From contig OZ242010.1 of the NCBI GenBank assembly GCA_965204745.1, forward strand, positions 2,880,001 to 2,944,000: a DNA stretch of 64,000 nucleotides. Direction: 5' to 3'. The DNA comes from Candidatus Latescibacterota bacterium. GTDB taxonomy: Bacteria > Latescibacterota > UBA2968. Of the stretch, positions 27,879-37,845 are shown piece by piece. A program made the position numbers and the translations under genes. Position 1 is the first letter of the stretch; each line of letters opens with the position of its first letter. Below the pieces are notes generated by a model. The model had not been told where the DNA came from and did no database searches. It worked only from the letters and a program-made list of their open reading frames with translations.

Positions 27879-30173
27879 CTAATGAAACTGCGGACCAAAT
27901 TGGAAATGCGTCATCATCTGTACCTTTTGACCGTCGACGTGCCGCCGGTCAATACCCCAAGCAAAATCAAAGCCCATAATGCCCACCACGGGCGCGACAA
28001 TCCGAATGCCAAACCCCACGGACCGGCGCAAGTCCGTCAGGCTGATCCGATCCAGATTGCCCCAGGCATTGCCCGCGTCGGCAAAAATCAATCCGTAAAA
28101 TTGCTGCGGCACGATGGGAATGCTGACCTCGGCATTGAACAACAACTGCGCCACGCCGCCCAAGGGCGTGCCCCGGTTATCGACGGGGCCGATCGACCGG
28201 TCTGGATAGCCGCGCAACAACGTGCCGTCGAAAATATCGACGCCGCCCGGCGTGTACAACTCTTGAAAGGGAACGGGCTCGGGGCCATAGCTGGCGGCAA
28301 ATCCCAGTTGCGACTTCACGTTAAGGGCTAGGCGCCAGAACAGCGGGAAGTAAAAACTCGTGACAAAATCGTGCTTGTGAAAATCGCGGCTGCCCCCCAA
28401 AAAGCCGCCGGCCAAGGCGGGCGAATAGGAAATCACGCTGCCGGACGTGGGAAAAATTGGCAAATCCCGGCTGTCGCGGGTCAGGTTCGCGCTGATGCTG
28501 CTGGTGATGTTGTCGGCGTAGTAGGGATTGGCCGCATCCGTGCTGTCGGCAAAATTGAGAAACGAGACCCGCCTCAAGCTATACCCTCCGGAAATGCGCG
28601 AATAATCGGGCCAGCGCAACCTGCGCCCCAAGCGAAAGGCCCCGCCCTCATCGCGCTGATCAAAATTCGCCGCGCCGTAATTCGTCAGGCGCAGGGTTCT
28701 TCTGGACAGGGATGCGGAAACGAGCGTGGGCGTGTTGAGGAGCCACGGTTCGGTGAACCCTATGCTGAAGGTTTCGCGCCGCGAGCCAAATTCCCACTGA
28801 AAGTCGAGTTGTTGCCCATTGCCCCTAAAATTGGGGATTTGCAACCCGATGGTGCCGATCAACCTGTCGCGCTCGCTATACCCCGCGCCAATGGAGGCGG
28901 TGCCCGTGGATTTTTCTTCGATAGTGAACACGAGGTCGATCTCGGAGGTCTCTTCCACGGCTTTTGGCTCGGGCAAGACATTGGCGAAAAAGTTGAGCAC
29001 CATGACCTCGCGCACGCTGCGCTCCAACAATGCGCGGCTGAACGTATCGCCCGGGCGCACGCGCAACTCGCGCCTGATCACGCGGTCTTTGGTTTTGGTA
29101 TTGCCCTCGATCAAAATTTTGCGAATTTTCCACGGGTCGTTTTCGACCACGTCAAAATGCACGTCAATGACCCGGTCGCCCGCGGGCTTTTGCTGAGGGA
29201 AGATCTGCGCGCCAATATGCCCGATGTCCATGTACGCGTTGTGCAACTGCTCGCGGGATTTTTGCACGCGCTCTTCGTTGTACACCGCGGCCGAATCCAC
29301 CACGATAAAGTGGACGAAGCCCGCGTCATTGATTTTCTCATTGCCGGCCCACGTCACCGCGCCGAACCGGTAAATCGGCCCTTCTTCAATGGTAATGTCG
29401 AGAAACATATCCCGTTTGTTCGGGCCGTAGGACAAGCTGTCGGACGCTATCGCCGCGTCCCGGTACCCGTTTTGCCGGTAAAAGGCCAGCACCTTTTCTT
29501 TGTCTTCCGGATAGGTTTCCTCGCTGAATTTCCCGCCGCCGAACCACCAGCCGTCTTGTTTGGTCTCTTTCATCTGCTTGCGGAGTTGCTTCCCGGTCAA
29601 CGCCGCGTTGCCGTGGAAACGGATTTTTTTAAGATTGACCTTCGCGCCCTCGTCGATTTCAAAGACCAATGGCAACCGCCCATCTCCATCCACTTTTGTT
29701 TCTGCGACATCCACAGCGGCGAGCAAGTAGCCCTTTTTGCGGTAGAGCGCGATCAACTTGTTGACGGCCCGTTTCTTTTCCCACGATTGGATCAACTGAT
29801 TTTCGATCAACCCCAACTCGCGCTTCAAGGTCTTGTCTTTCATCGCGCTGTTGCCCTTAAACACCACGCTGCCCAAGCGCGGCACGGCTTTGAGGTCGAT
29901 GATAACGGCCACGCCGCCGGGTACCCGTTCCATAAAAATTTTGATGTCGGAAAACAGGCCGAGTTTGTAGAGGTTGCGAATCGCGCGCGCCGCTTCGCCA
30001 CCCGCCAAATTTTGCCCCTCGAACAACCCGCTTTGAGACGCGATCAACGACGTCTCGACCCAGTCGTTGCCTCGAATGCGGATCTCCCGAATCACTGGCC
30101 CATCTTGCGCGGTCGCGGTTTGAATCCAGAGTGCGATCAGGAGCAAAAAACCGTGTGCAAAAAATCGTTTCAC
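27879..30173 (-). CDS. bamA: Outer membrane protein assembly factor BamA
   Basis: POTRA repeats (GNTKTKDRVIRREL), FTEPWL, LRGY, C-terminal FQFG; GTG start after AGAAAGG. Confidence 0.95.
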   Translation of the reverse strand: MKRFFAHGFLLLIALWIQTATAQDGPVIREIRIRGNDWVETSLIASQSGLFEGQNLAGGEAARAIRNLYKLGLFSDIKIFMERVPGGVAVIIDLKAVPRLGSVVFKGNSAMKDKTLKRELGLIENQLIQSWEKKRAVNKLIALYRKKGYLLAAVDVAETKVDGDGRLPLVFEIDEGAKVNLKKIRFHGNAALTGKQLRKQMKETKQDGWWFGGGKFSEETYPEDKEKVLAFYRQNGYRDAAIASDSLSYGPNKRDMFLDITIEEGPIYRFGAVTWAGNEKINDAGFVHFIVVDSAAVYNEERVQKSREQLHNAYMDIGHIGAQIFPQQKPAGDRVIDVHFDVVENDPWKIRKILIEGNTKTKDRVIRRELRVRPGDTFSRALLERSVREVMVLNFFANVLPEPKAVEETSEIDLVFTIEEKSTGTASIGAGYSERDRLIGTIGLQIPNFRGNGQQLDFQWEFGSRRETFSIGFTEPWLLNTPTLVSASLSRRTLRLTNYGAANFDQRDEGGAFRLGRRLRWPDYSRISGGYSLRRVSFLNFADSTDAANPYYADNITSSISANLTRDSRDLPIFPTSGSVISYSPALAGGFLGGSRDFHKHDFVTSFYFPLFWRLALNVKSQLGFAASYGPEPVPFQELYTPGGVDIFDGTLLRGYPDRSIGPVDNRGTPLGGVAQLLFNAEVSIPIVPQQFYGLIFADAGNAWGNLDRISLTDLRRSVGFGIRIVAPVVGIMGFDFAWGIDRRHVDGQKVQMMTHFQFGPQFH

Positions 30174-30201
30174 GTTTTGGGTACCTTTCTTGAGGAGTTG
30201 T

Positions 30202-30360
30202 TTCATTATTTTGATAGCCACAAAAGGCACAAAAGGCACAAAAGGCACGAGCGGGGTACAACTGGCGACAGCCAGTTCAAAGGCACTTCATTATTTTGAT
30301 AGCCACAAAAGGCACAAAAGGCACAAAAGGTACTACTGGCGATAGCCCGTTCAAAGGCGA
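30202..30360. repeat. ~85-bp tandem duplication of (CACAAAAGG)n + 36-bp palindrome module upstream of bamA
   Basis: TTCATTATTTTGATAGCCACAAAAGGCACAAAAGG occurs at ~30202 and ~30287. Confidence 0.85.
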
Positions 30361-30506
30361 GCCGCGTGTAGGGGTGGGGAACATCTCGCCTCCCTGTCTC
30401 GGGGAGGGTCGAGCCTCAAACGCTCAAAAAAATAAAATGTTCCGAGTGTACATTAAACGACCCGGACATCTGCCCGGGCCGTTTGGGATTGACCGCGCCG
30501 TTGCGA

Positions 30507-33089
30507 TCAAGCCTTGTTCCTGTTCACGACTTTCTTGGGAATGACGGGGGCGCCGCCCATCACTCCTTCGCCGACAACCTCTCCTGCATCGACTTCGGCC
30601 AAGCCAGGCGCATTGCCCTTTTTGCCGATTCGCACGGTTGCCTTTTTCGCGGTGTTCTCTTTGGCGAGGGGGTCGCCCTCAAACGCGAGTTCACTGCCCT
30701 TTTTGCTGACCCGCACCTTGCTACCATCGGTGAAATTGCCCAGAATGATCTCTTCGGCCAGCGGGTCTTCGACCAGTTTTTGAATGGTGCGGCGCAAGTG
30801 CCGCGCGCCATACGTGGGGTTGTATCCCCGCTCGGCGATCAAACTCTTGGCGCCCGGGGTGAGGCGCACGGTGATGTCGCGTTCTGCGACGCGCGCGAGG
30901 ATTTTTTCGAGTTCGATGTCCACGATCCGGATGATCTCTTTTTTGTCCAGCGCGTTGAAGATCACGGTCTCGTCCAACCGGTTGATGAACTCGGGGTTGA
31001 AGGTCTTCTTGACCTCTTCGTTGATGCGCTCTTCCATTTTCTCTCGAATCGTTTTTTTGCTCGACTGACCAAATCCCAGACCGCCCGCTTTTTGCAACTC
31101 CCGCGTGCCCAAGTTGGACGTCATGATCAAAATCGTATTCTTGAAATTCACCTTGCGCCCAAAACTGTCTGTCAGCCGGCCCTCGTCCAAGACCTGCAAC
31201 AGGATGTTGAACACGTCCGGATGGGCTTTTTCAATCTCGTCGAGCAACACCACGGAATACGGACGCCGCCGCACCTTCTCGGTCAACTGCCCGCCTTCGT
31301 CATAGCCCACGTACCCCGGAGGCGCGCCCACGAGCCGCGAGACCGCGAACTTTTCCATGTATTCCGACATATCCACGGTCACGAGCGCGTCTTCATCGTC
31401 GAACAAGTAGCGCGCCAGGGCTTGCGCCAAATACGTTTTGCCAATGCCGGTTGGGCCCAAAAACAAAAACGTGCCGATGGGCCGATTGGGGTCTTTGAGG
31501 CCCGCGCGCGTGCGCCGAATGGAGCGACACACGATCTCGACCGCTTCTTTTTGCCCGATCACCCGCTTGTGCAACTCGGACGCCATGTTGATCAGCCGCT
31601 CGGATTCGGCTTGTGCCAAGCGGAACAAGGGAATGCCGGTCATGCTCGAGATCACTTCGGCGATGTCTTCTTCGGACACTTCGACCACGTCCTCTGTCAC
31701 CTGCTCTTCCCAGGCTTGGCGTTTGGAATCGAGTTTGTTTTTGAGCGCGCGCTCTTCATCGCGCAACTGCGCCGCTTCTTCAAATTGCTGATTTTCGGCT
31801 GCCCGATCCTTTTTGCGCGTGATCTCGCCGATAGCGATTTCGAGGTCTTTGATCTCGTCTGGGGGATTGAGCCGGGACAGGCGCACCCGGGCGCCGGTTT
31901 CGTCGATCACGTCGATGGCTTTGTCCGGCAAGTGCCGGTCGCTGATGTACCGATCCGCCATGTTCGCCGCGGCATCCACGGCCTCGGCTGAAAACGTCAC
32001 GTTGTGATGCGATTCGTAGCTGTCTTTGAGGCCCATGAGAATATCGACCGTCTCATCCACAGACGGGGCGTCGACCAAAATCGTTTGGAAGCGTCGCTCG
32101 AGCGCGCCATCCTTTTCGATGTACTTGCGGTATTCGTCCAACGTGGTCGCGCCGATGCACTGCAATTCCCCGCGGGAGAGCGAGGGCTTGAACATGTTGG
32201 ACGCGTCGAGCGTGCCCTCTGCGCTGCCCGCGCCCACGATGGTGTGCAACTCGTCGATGAAAATGACCACGTTCTGGCTTTGCTGGAGTTCGTTCATCAC
32301 GGCTTTGAGCCGCTCTTCAAATTGCCCGCGGTACTTCGTGCCGGCGACAATGCCGCCCATGTCGAGCGTGACCACGCGCTTGTCCAGCAAAATTTGCGGC
32401 ACGCGCCGCTCCACGATGCGCTGCGCCAAGCCCTCGATGATCTGCGTCTTTCCCACGCCCGGCTCGCCCACGAGCACGGGGTTGTTCTTTTTGCGCCTGG
32501 CGAGCACTTGTGACACCCGTTCGATTTCGCGTTCTCGCCCAATGGTCGGGTCCAATTTGCCCTTCCGCGCCAAATCGGTCAAATCGCGCCCGAAATGATC
32601 GAGGAAAGGCGTTTTGCTCTTTCTCCGCTCGCGCCTGCCCGATGTTCTTCCCTGTCCCTGCAAAACGGCAATCACCTCCTCTTTGGCGGTTTTGTGATCC
32701 ACGCCATACGTGTCCAAAATTCGCGCGGCAACGCCATCTTTGTCCCGCAACAGTGCCAACAAGAGATGGCTGGTGCCCACGTCTCGGCTCTTCATTTCTT
32801 TGGCTTCATTGGCCGCAATTTCGAGAATCTGCTTTGCGCGGGGCGTAAAAGGCACTTCCCCCATCGTCATCGCACCGCCAGAAGAAGCCACGCAATCTTC
32901 GGTCTCTTGTTTGAGACTGTCGAGATTTAAGCTCAAATTGATCAACACTTGCACGGCCGCGTTTTTGCCCTCGCGGATGATGCCGAGCAACAAGTGCTCT
33001 GTGCCGATGTAGTTGTGCCCCAGGCGCGCGGCTTCTTCGCGTGCGAGTTGCATCACCCGCTTGACCTGTTCCGAAAACATGCTGTTCAT
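30507..33089 (-). CDS. clpC: ATP-dependent Clp protease ATP-binding subunit ClpC
   Basis: Clp-N repeats, [11 protein letters not shown]-like [26 protein letters not shown]. Confidence 0.96.
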   Translation of the reverse strand: MNSMFSEQVKRVMQLAREEAARLGHNYIGTEHLLLGIIREGKNAAVQVLINLSLNLDSLKQETEDCVASSGGAMTMGEVPFTPRAKQILEIAANEAKEMKSRDVGTSHLLLALLRDKDGVAARILDTYGVDHKTAKEEVIAVLQGQGRTSGRRERRKSKTPFLDHFGRDLTDLARKGKLDPTIGREREIERVSQVLARRKKNNPVLVGEPGVGKTQIIEGLAQRIVERRVPQILLDKRVVTLDMGGIVAGTKYRGQFEERLKAVMNELQQSQNVVIFIDELHTIVGAGSAEGTLDASNMFKPSLSRGELQCIGATTLDEYRKYIEKDGALERRFQTILVDAPSVDETVDILMGLKDSYESHHNVTFSAEAVDAAANMADRYISDRHLPDKAIDVIDETGARVRLSRLNPPDEIKDLEIAIGEITRKKDRAAENQQFEEAAQLRDEERALKNKLDSKRQAWEEQVTEDVVEVSEEDIAEVISSMTGIPLFRLAQAESERLINMASELHKRVIGQKEAVEIVCRSIRRTRAGLKDPNRPIGTFLFLGPTGIGKTYLAQALARYLFDDEDALVTVDMSEYMEKFAVSRLVGAPPGYVGYDEGGQLTEKVRRRPYSVVLLDEIEKAHPDVFNILLQVLDEGRLTDSFGRKVNFKNTILIMTSNLGTRELQKAGGLGFGQSSKKTIREKMEERINEEVKKTFNPEFINRLDETVIFNALDKKEIIRIVDIELEKILARVAERDITVRLTPGAKSLIAERGYNPTYGARHLRRTIQKLVEDPLAEEIILGNFTDGSKVRVSKKGSELAFEGDPLAKENTAKKATVRIGKKGNAPGLAEVDAGEVVGEGVMGGAPVIPKKVVNRNKA

Positions 33090-33155
33090 CCAATACTCCT
33101 CTCGCTAACGACTCAAAACCCCGGTTCCAAATAATAACGGGTTGTAACAAAAAAC

Positions 33156-33845
33156 TCAACCCTTTCCTGCGAGGCGGCCATCTTCCATTTCGACCACCCG
33201 ATCCGCGCGGGCCGCCAAGTGGTGGTCGTGTGTGACGATGACAAAGGTCTGGTTTTGGGACCTGGCCAAGTCCCAAAGCAAGGCGTGCAATTCCTCGCTG
33301 CGCGCCACATCCAAATTGCCAGAGGGTTCGTCGGCCAAAACGACGGCCGGTTGCGTTACCAAGGCCCGCGCCACAGCGACGCGCTGCGCTTCTCCGCCAG
33401 AGAGTTCGGAGGGCAAATGCGAGAGCCGCTCGTCCAACCCGACCGCACAGAGCAGTTGTCGCGCTTGGGGACGCGCTTTGGTTGGGGAGAGGCCGGCGAT
33501 CATCAAGGGCATCATCACATTTTCAAGGGCCGTAAAATCGCGCAATAAGTGGTGAAACTGAAAGACGAATCCGATCTGCCGGTTGCGAAATCTGGCGCGG
33601 GCCGCATCTGACAGGGCGAATAGATCGACCCCGTCGATGACGACTGTGCCGGACGAGGGATGGTCCAACCCGCCCAAGATGTGCAACAACGTGCTCTTGC
33701 CGACCCCGGACGCGCCGACTACGGCTACAATTTCGCCGCGAACAACGCCCAAGTCAACCCCTTTGAGCACCTCGATGCGGGCATCTCCCAACATGTAGTG
33801 CTTGCAAACATCTGTTGCGCGGAGCAACTCATCTGTCGAGGTCAC
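33156..33845 (-). CDS. lolD: Lipoprotein-releasing ABC transporter ATPase LolD
   Basis: GASGVGKST, IGFVFQFHHLL, LSGGE.QRVA, DEPSGNLD. Confidence 0.9.
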   Translation of the reverse strand: MTSTDELLRATDVCKHYMLGDARIEVLKGVDLGVVRGEIVAVVGASGVGKSTLLHILGGLDHPSSGTVVIDGVDLFALSDAARARFRNRQIGFVFQFHHLLRDFTALENVMMPLMIAGLSPTKARPQARQLLCAVGLDERLSHLPSELSGGEAQRVAVARALVTQPAVVLADEPSGNLDVARSEELHALLWDLARSQNQTFVIVTHDHHLAARADRVVEMEDGRLAGKG

Positions 33846-35349
33846 GGCTTTCTTCCGGGCGCAGGTGGGGGAATAGGATGACGTCTCGAATGGATGGCGC
33901 GTCTGCCAACAGCATCACCAGGCGCCCGACGCCAATGCCCAAGCCGCCGGTCGGGGGCATCCCGTGTTCCAATGCGCGCAAATAATCTTCGTCGAGGACT
34001 TGGGCCTCATCATCGCCCCGGGCGCGCAGGGTTTGTTGCTGGGCGAATCGCTTCCGTTGCTCAACTGGGTCGTTCAGTTCGGAAAACGCATTCGCCATTT
34101 CCCATCCGTTGATAAAGAGTTCAAATCGCTCGGTGAGGTCTTTCGCGCTGCGATGGCCCTTGGCGAGTGGCGATACGGCGCGGGGATAGTTGATGATGAA
34201 GGTCGGCTGAATCAACTGGGGTTCTACGCACGCTTCAAACAGCGCGTTGATCGATACCCCGCGTTCTGCCCCCGGTTCAACATCGGAACCCAACCGCTTG
34301 CACGCGGCCTCCAACGCCGCATCCGAAGCGCGGGCCACGTCTAGCTCGCCGTACTTTTTGATGGCGTCGAGCATGGCGATGCGCGGCCATGGGGGCGTCA
34401 GGTCGATAGTTCGCCCTTGGTAGTTGAGTTGTGCCGAACCGTTCACCTTTTCGGCGACAAAGACGTATAACGCCTCGGCTATCGCCATCATATCCGTATA
34501 ATCCGCGTACGCCTGATACAGTTCGAGCATGGAAAATTCGGGGTTGTGCGTGCGGTCGATGCCCTCGTTGCGAAAATTTTTGCCGATCTCATACACGCGC
34601 TCAAGCCCGCCCACGATCAACCGCTTGAGGTACAATTCATCGGCGATCCGCAAATACAAGGGCATGTCCAAGACATTGTGATGCGTGACAAAGGGACGTG
34701 CAGACGCGCCGCCGTAGATGGGTTGCAACACCGGGGTTTCGACTTCCAAAAACCCGCGCGCATCCAAAAATTCGCGCATGGCAGAGACGATGGCACTGCG
34801 CTTGCGAAACACCGCTTGCACGTCCGGGTTGAGCGCGAGGTCGAGGTAGCGGCGGCGATAGCGCAGTTCTTTGTCGCTGAATTGATCGTGGATGACGCGC
34901 TCGCCATCGCGGATTTCCTCTTTGGGCACGGGCAGCGGGCGAATGGCTTTGGACAACAACGCGAGTTCTCGCACTTGCACGGTGATGTGCCCGGTGCGCG
35001 TTTTGAAGACCGGGCCGGCGACGCCGATGAAATCCCCGATGTCGAGCAACTGCCACAGGGCAAACGCCTCATCGCCCACGACGTCGAGCCGGACGTAAAT
35101 TTGAAAGCGGCCCTTGGAATCCCGCAAATCGGCAAAGGCCGCTTTTCCATGGCCGCGCGTGACGATCAACCGCCCCGCCATCCGCACCTGGCCTTCTGAC
35201 GCGCTGAGGGCATCAAAACGCGCTGCGATGTCCGCAGAGTGGTGCGTGGTCTCAAAGCGATACGGGTAAGGCTCGATGCCCATGTCCCGAATATCGGCGA
35301 GTTTCTGCACGCGCTGTTCGATCAACGTTTGTCCCACGACCCGATTCAC
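33829..35349 (-). CDS. lysS: Lysine--tRNA ligase (class II)
   Basis: RYRRRYLDL, GGASARPF.THHN, FRNEGID.THNPEF, GMPPTGGLGIG. Confidence 0.97.
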   Translation of the reverse strand: MNRVVGQTLIEQRVQKLADIRDMGIEPYPYRFETTHHSADIAARFDALSASEGQVRMAGRLIVTRGHGKAAFADLRDSKGRFQIYVRLDVVGDEAFALWQLLDIGDFIGVAGPVFKTRTGHITVQVRELALLSKAIRPLPVPKEEIRDGERVIHDQFSDKELRYRRRYLDLALNPDVQAVFRKRSAIVSAMREFLDARGFLEVETPVLQPIYGGASARPFVTHHNVLDMPLYLRIADELYLKRLIVGGLERVYEIGKNFRNEGIDRTHNPEFSMLELYQAYADYTDMMAIAEALYVFVAEKVNGSAQLNYQGRTIDLTPPWPRIAMLDAIKKYGELDVARASDAALEAACKRLGSDVEPGAERGVSINALFEACVEPQLIQPTFIINYPRAVSPLAKGHRSAKDLTERFELFINGWEMANAFSELNDPVEQRKRFAQQQTLRARGDDEAQVLDEDYLRALEHGMPPTGGLGIGVGRLVMLLADAPSIRDVILFPHLRPEESRDLDR

Positions 35350-35386
35350 GATCAGTACCTCGCGTATTAGCTGTGACAGTTGTTAC

Positions 35387-35415
35387 ACTATAACCAATAT
35401 GTATTTTTTCGTCAA
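35387..35415 (-). promoter_or_regulatory. Sigma70-type promoter for the lysS operon
   Basis: Minus strand TTGACG-N17-TATAGT. Confidence 0.65.
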
Positions 35416-35449
35416 GCGCGTTGCCCGTTGACGGGCGTGGTCGATGCCT

Positions 35450-36554
35450 CTACGACAGCAAATAGGCGTGGATAAAGGGGTCGAGGTCCCCGTCCATGAC
35501 GCCCGAGACGTCGGAGGTCTCGACACCCGTGCGCGCGTCTTTGACCAGTTGATAGGGTTGGAACACGTAGTTGCGGATCTGACTGCCCCATTCGATGCGT
35601 TTCTTCGTGCTTTCGAGCGCGGCGCGTTTTTTGTCTTCTTCCTCGCGCATGTGTCGATACAGCCGCGCCTTGAGAATTTTCAGGGCCGCGTTGCGATTCT
35701 TGTACTGGGAACGCTCGTTCTGGCACTGCACCACAAGGCCCGTGGGGAGGTGGGTAATCCGCACCGCGGAATCGGTTTTGTTGACGTGTTGCCCGCCTGC
35801 GCCGCCCGCGCGGTACGTATCCACCTTCAGATCATTGGGATTGATTGCCACCTCGATATCGCCCTCTGCATCGGGATACACAAATACGGACGCAAACGAC
35901 GTGTGCCGGCGGCTGTTGGAATCGTAAGGCGAAATCCGCACCAATCTGTGGACGCCGGATTCGGCTTTGAGATAGCCAAACGCATACTCGCCCTTCACCT
36001 CAATCGCCGCGCTCTTAATCCCCACGATCTCGCCGGGCAAGGTGTCCAAAACGCGCATCTGAAACCCGCGCCGCTCGGCCCAGCGCGTGTACATCCGCAT
36101 CAACATCTGCGCCCAATCCGTGGCTTCCGTGCCCCCTGCGCCCGAGTGGATGGTCAAAATCGCGTCGTGGCGATCCTCGGCATCGCCCAGCATATATTGC
36201 AATTCGAGCGCGTCCAATGCCCGCCCCACCTCGGGCACCTCGGCGGCGACTTCGGCCAGGGACTCGGCGTCGCCTTCTTCGCGCGCGAGTTCAAACAGCA
36301 CGTCCAAATCCCCGACTTGCCCATCCAATTCCTCCCAGCGGTCGACCCAGTGCTTCTCGGCATTGCAGGCGTCGATGACCTGTTGCGCGGTTTCCCGGTC
36401 GTCCCAAAAATTCGGCATGCCCATCCGCTTTTCAAATTCGGCGATTTTTGCGCGGCGTTGCACCACGTCAAAGATACCTCCCGAGCTCATCCACGCGCCC
36501 GCGATAATCGGACAAGATGCCTTGCAACTCGCGTTCCTGAATTTCTACGGCCAT
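35450..36554 (-). CDS. prfB: Peptide chain release factor 2 with programmed +1 frameshift
   Basis: 28-codon ORF from ATG 36554 (MAVEIQ...LGRYL) ends at CTT TGA C preceded by GGGAGG; the +1 frame continues DVVQRR...; SPY and GGQ motifs. Confidence 0.96.
36467..36483 (-). promoter_or_regulatory. prfB frameshift cassette (internal SD + CTT-TGA-C)
   Basis: Minus strand GGGAGGTATCTTTGAC. Confidence 0.93.
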
Positions 36555-36606
36555 GATGTTCTCCTCGTTGCGACCTACCCCCAAAGGCGAGGGGAGGGGT
36601 CATGCC

Positions 36607-37290
36607 TCACCGCAAATCGATCAACTCCACGCCATTGGGCACATGGAAGGTAAATTGATCGGCTTTGACCCTTTTGTTCACTTTCAAATCCGACAACACA
36701 AATGTCGTTATATCGTCGTGGATGTTGCGATATTCCACTTGGCGCACCAGATAGAGGCGTTTGTCGATCCACAGGCGAATGGTGTGGATGTACGTATCTT
36801 CTTTTGTTGCGGACAAATCCACCACGTAGCACGTCTTGCGCTGGACTTTTTTTTCGCCCACATAGACGGGCGCGTAATTTTCGTCGTATCCCCCGAGCAA
36901 AATGAGATCGAACAACAACTTCTCGTAGCTGCGGTCATTTTCTATCGCGGAATAATCGCTCACCAGCACTTGGGCATTGGCGGGTGCGTAGTTCCACGCG
37001 GTCTCGCCATCGCTCACCACGACCTGCACATCCGAATCCATGCGAAACCGATTGGGTTGCTGAACCAGCAACGTGCCTTTCATCTCTTGGTGCTGCTCCA
37101 TCAACCGCCAGTAGTGTTGCTTGACAAAGTGGGCGGAAAGCGTTTTGAGTTCCGCAAATTTTTTCTGCAACTTCTCCACGACCTCAGCACCCCGCGCATC
37201 GGCCCGCGCGGACCCCGCGCAAAACACAATCCCGAGCATGGCGAACAACGCACAAACACACGCCCAACGCGCAACCCTCTTTCCGTGCAT
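36607..37290 (-). CDS. lolA: Outer membrane lipoprotein carrier LolA
   Basis: Signal peptide, TLSAHF.Q, G.L..QQPNRFR, VVSDG.T.W.Y.P...QV, F.F.VP.GVELID. Confidence 0.85.
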   Translation of the reverse strand: MHGKRVARWACVCALFAMLGIVFCAGSARADARGAEVVEKLQKKFAELKTLSAHFVKQHYWRLMEQHQEMKGTLLVQQPNRFRMDSDVQVVVSDGETAWNYAPANAQVLVSDYSAIENDRSYEKLLFDLILLGGYDENYAPVYVGEKKVQRKTCYVVDLSATKEDTYIHTIRLWIDKRLYLVRQVEYRNIHDDITTFVLSDLKVNKRVKADQFTFHVPNGVELIDLR

Positions 37291-37291
37291 T

Positions 37292-37810
37292 TCACACCTC
37301 CTCTGCCCGCGCCTGCCTCGCCACTATGCGCGAGATCCCGAGCACGAGCAAGACGAGCAGTACGGTCAAACAAATGTACGATCCCACCGTGCCCAAATAG
37401 GGGACGAACACCAATGAGGACAGCATAAAGCCGAGCCAGCCGCCGAACCGCCAAGCCGTGGAGGAATCTCCCGCGTACAACACGCCCATCGCGCTGCAAA
37501 AGAGCACCATCGCAGAGAACAGGGCGACGCTGTACACCGCGAGCGGCTTGGCGTCCGCTATTCCCAAGCAGTTCCACCCGCACAAGAACACCCATGCGGT
37601 CAGCGCATAAGCCCCATAGCCCACGCCGAACAGCAGGTAATAGGACAGGTGCGCGCCGAGCCATCCGATCAGATTTTGCGCGTGTTCGAGCGGACGAGTC
37701 GAATTGGGCGGGTCCTCTGGCGAATGCGACAGCAGGCTCAAGGCCATCAACAGCGCGAGCGCGATTGTGCATCCGCCCAAAATTTGAGAAAGCAATCTCG
37801 GTTGATTCAT
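37292..37810 (-). CDS. Stand-alone FtsK N-terminal 4TM domain (no motor domain)
   Basis: LSLLSHSPEDP, N.IG.LGA.LS..L...VG..AY, GG.LG match the FtsK_4TM pattern; ftsK-lolA synteny. Confidence 0.72.
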   Translation of the reverse strand: MNQPRLLSQILGGCTIALALLMALSLLSHSPEDPPNSTRPLEHAQNLIGWLGAHLSYYLLFGVGYGAYALTAWVFLCGWNCLGIADAKPLAVYSVALFSAMVLFCSAMGVLYAGDSSTAWRFGGWLGFMLSSLVFVPYLGTVGSYICLTVLLVLLVLGISRIVARQARAEEV

Positions 37811-37845
37811 GGTTGGAAATGCCTATAAGTGAGTCCGCATGCGAT

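Noticed and set aside
28371-31991. Long plus-strand ORFs (642 aa, 502 aa)
   Set aside because: Antisense shadows of bamA and clpC, expected in GC-rich coding DNA. The same applies to 55678-57537, 9801-11138 and 37594-39018.
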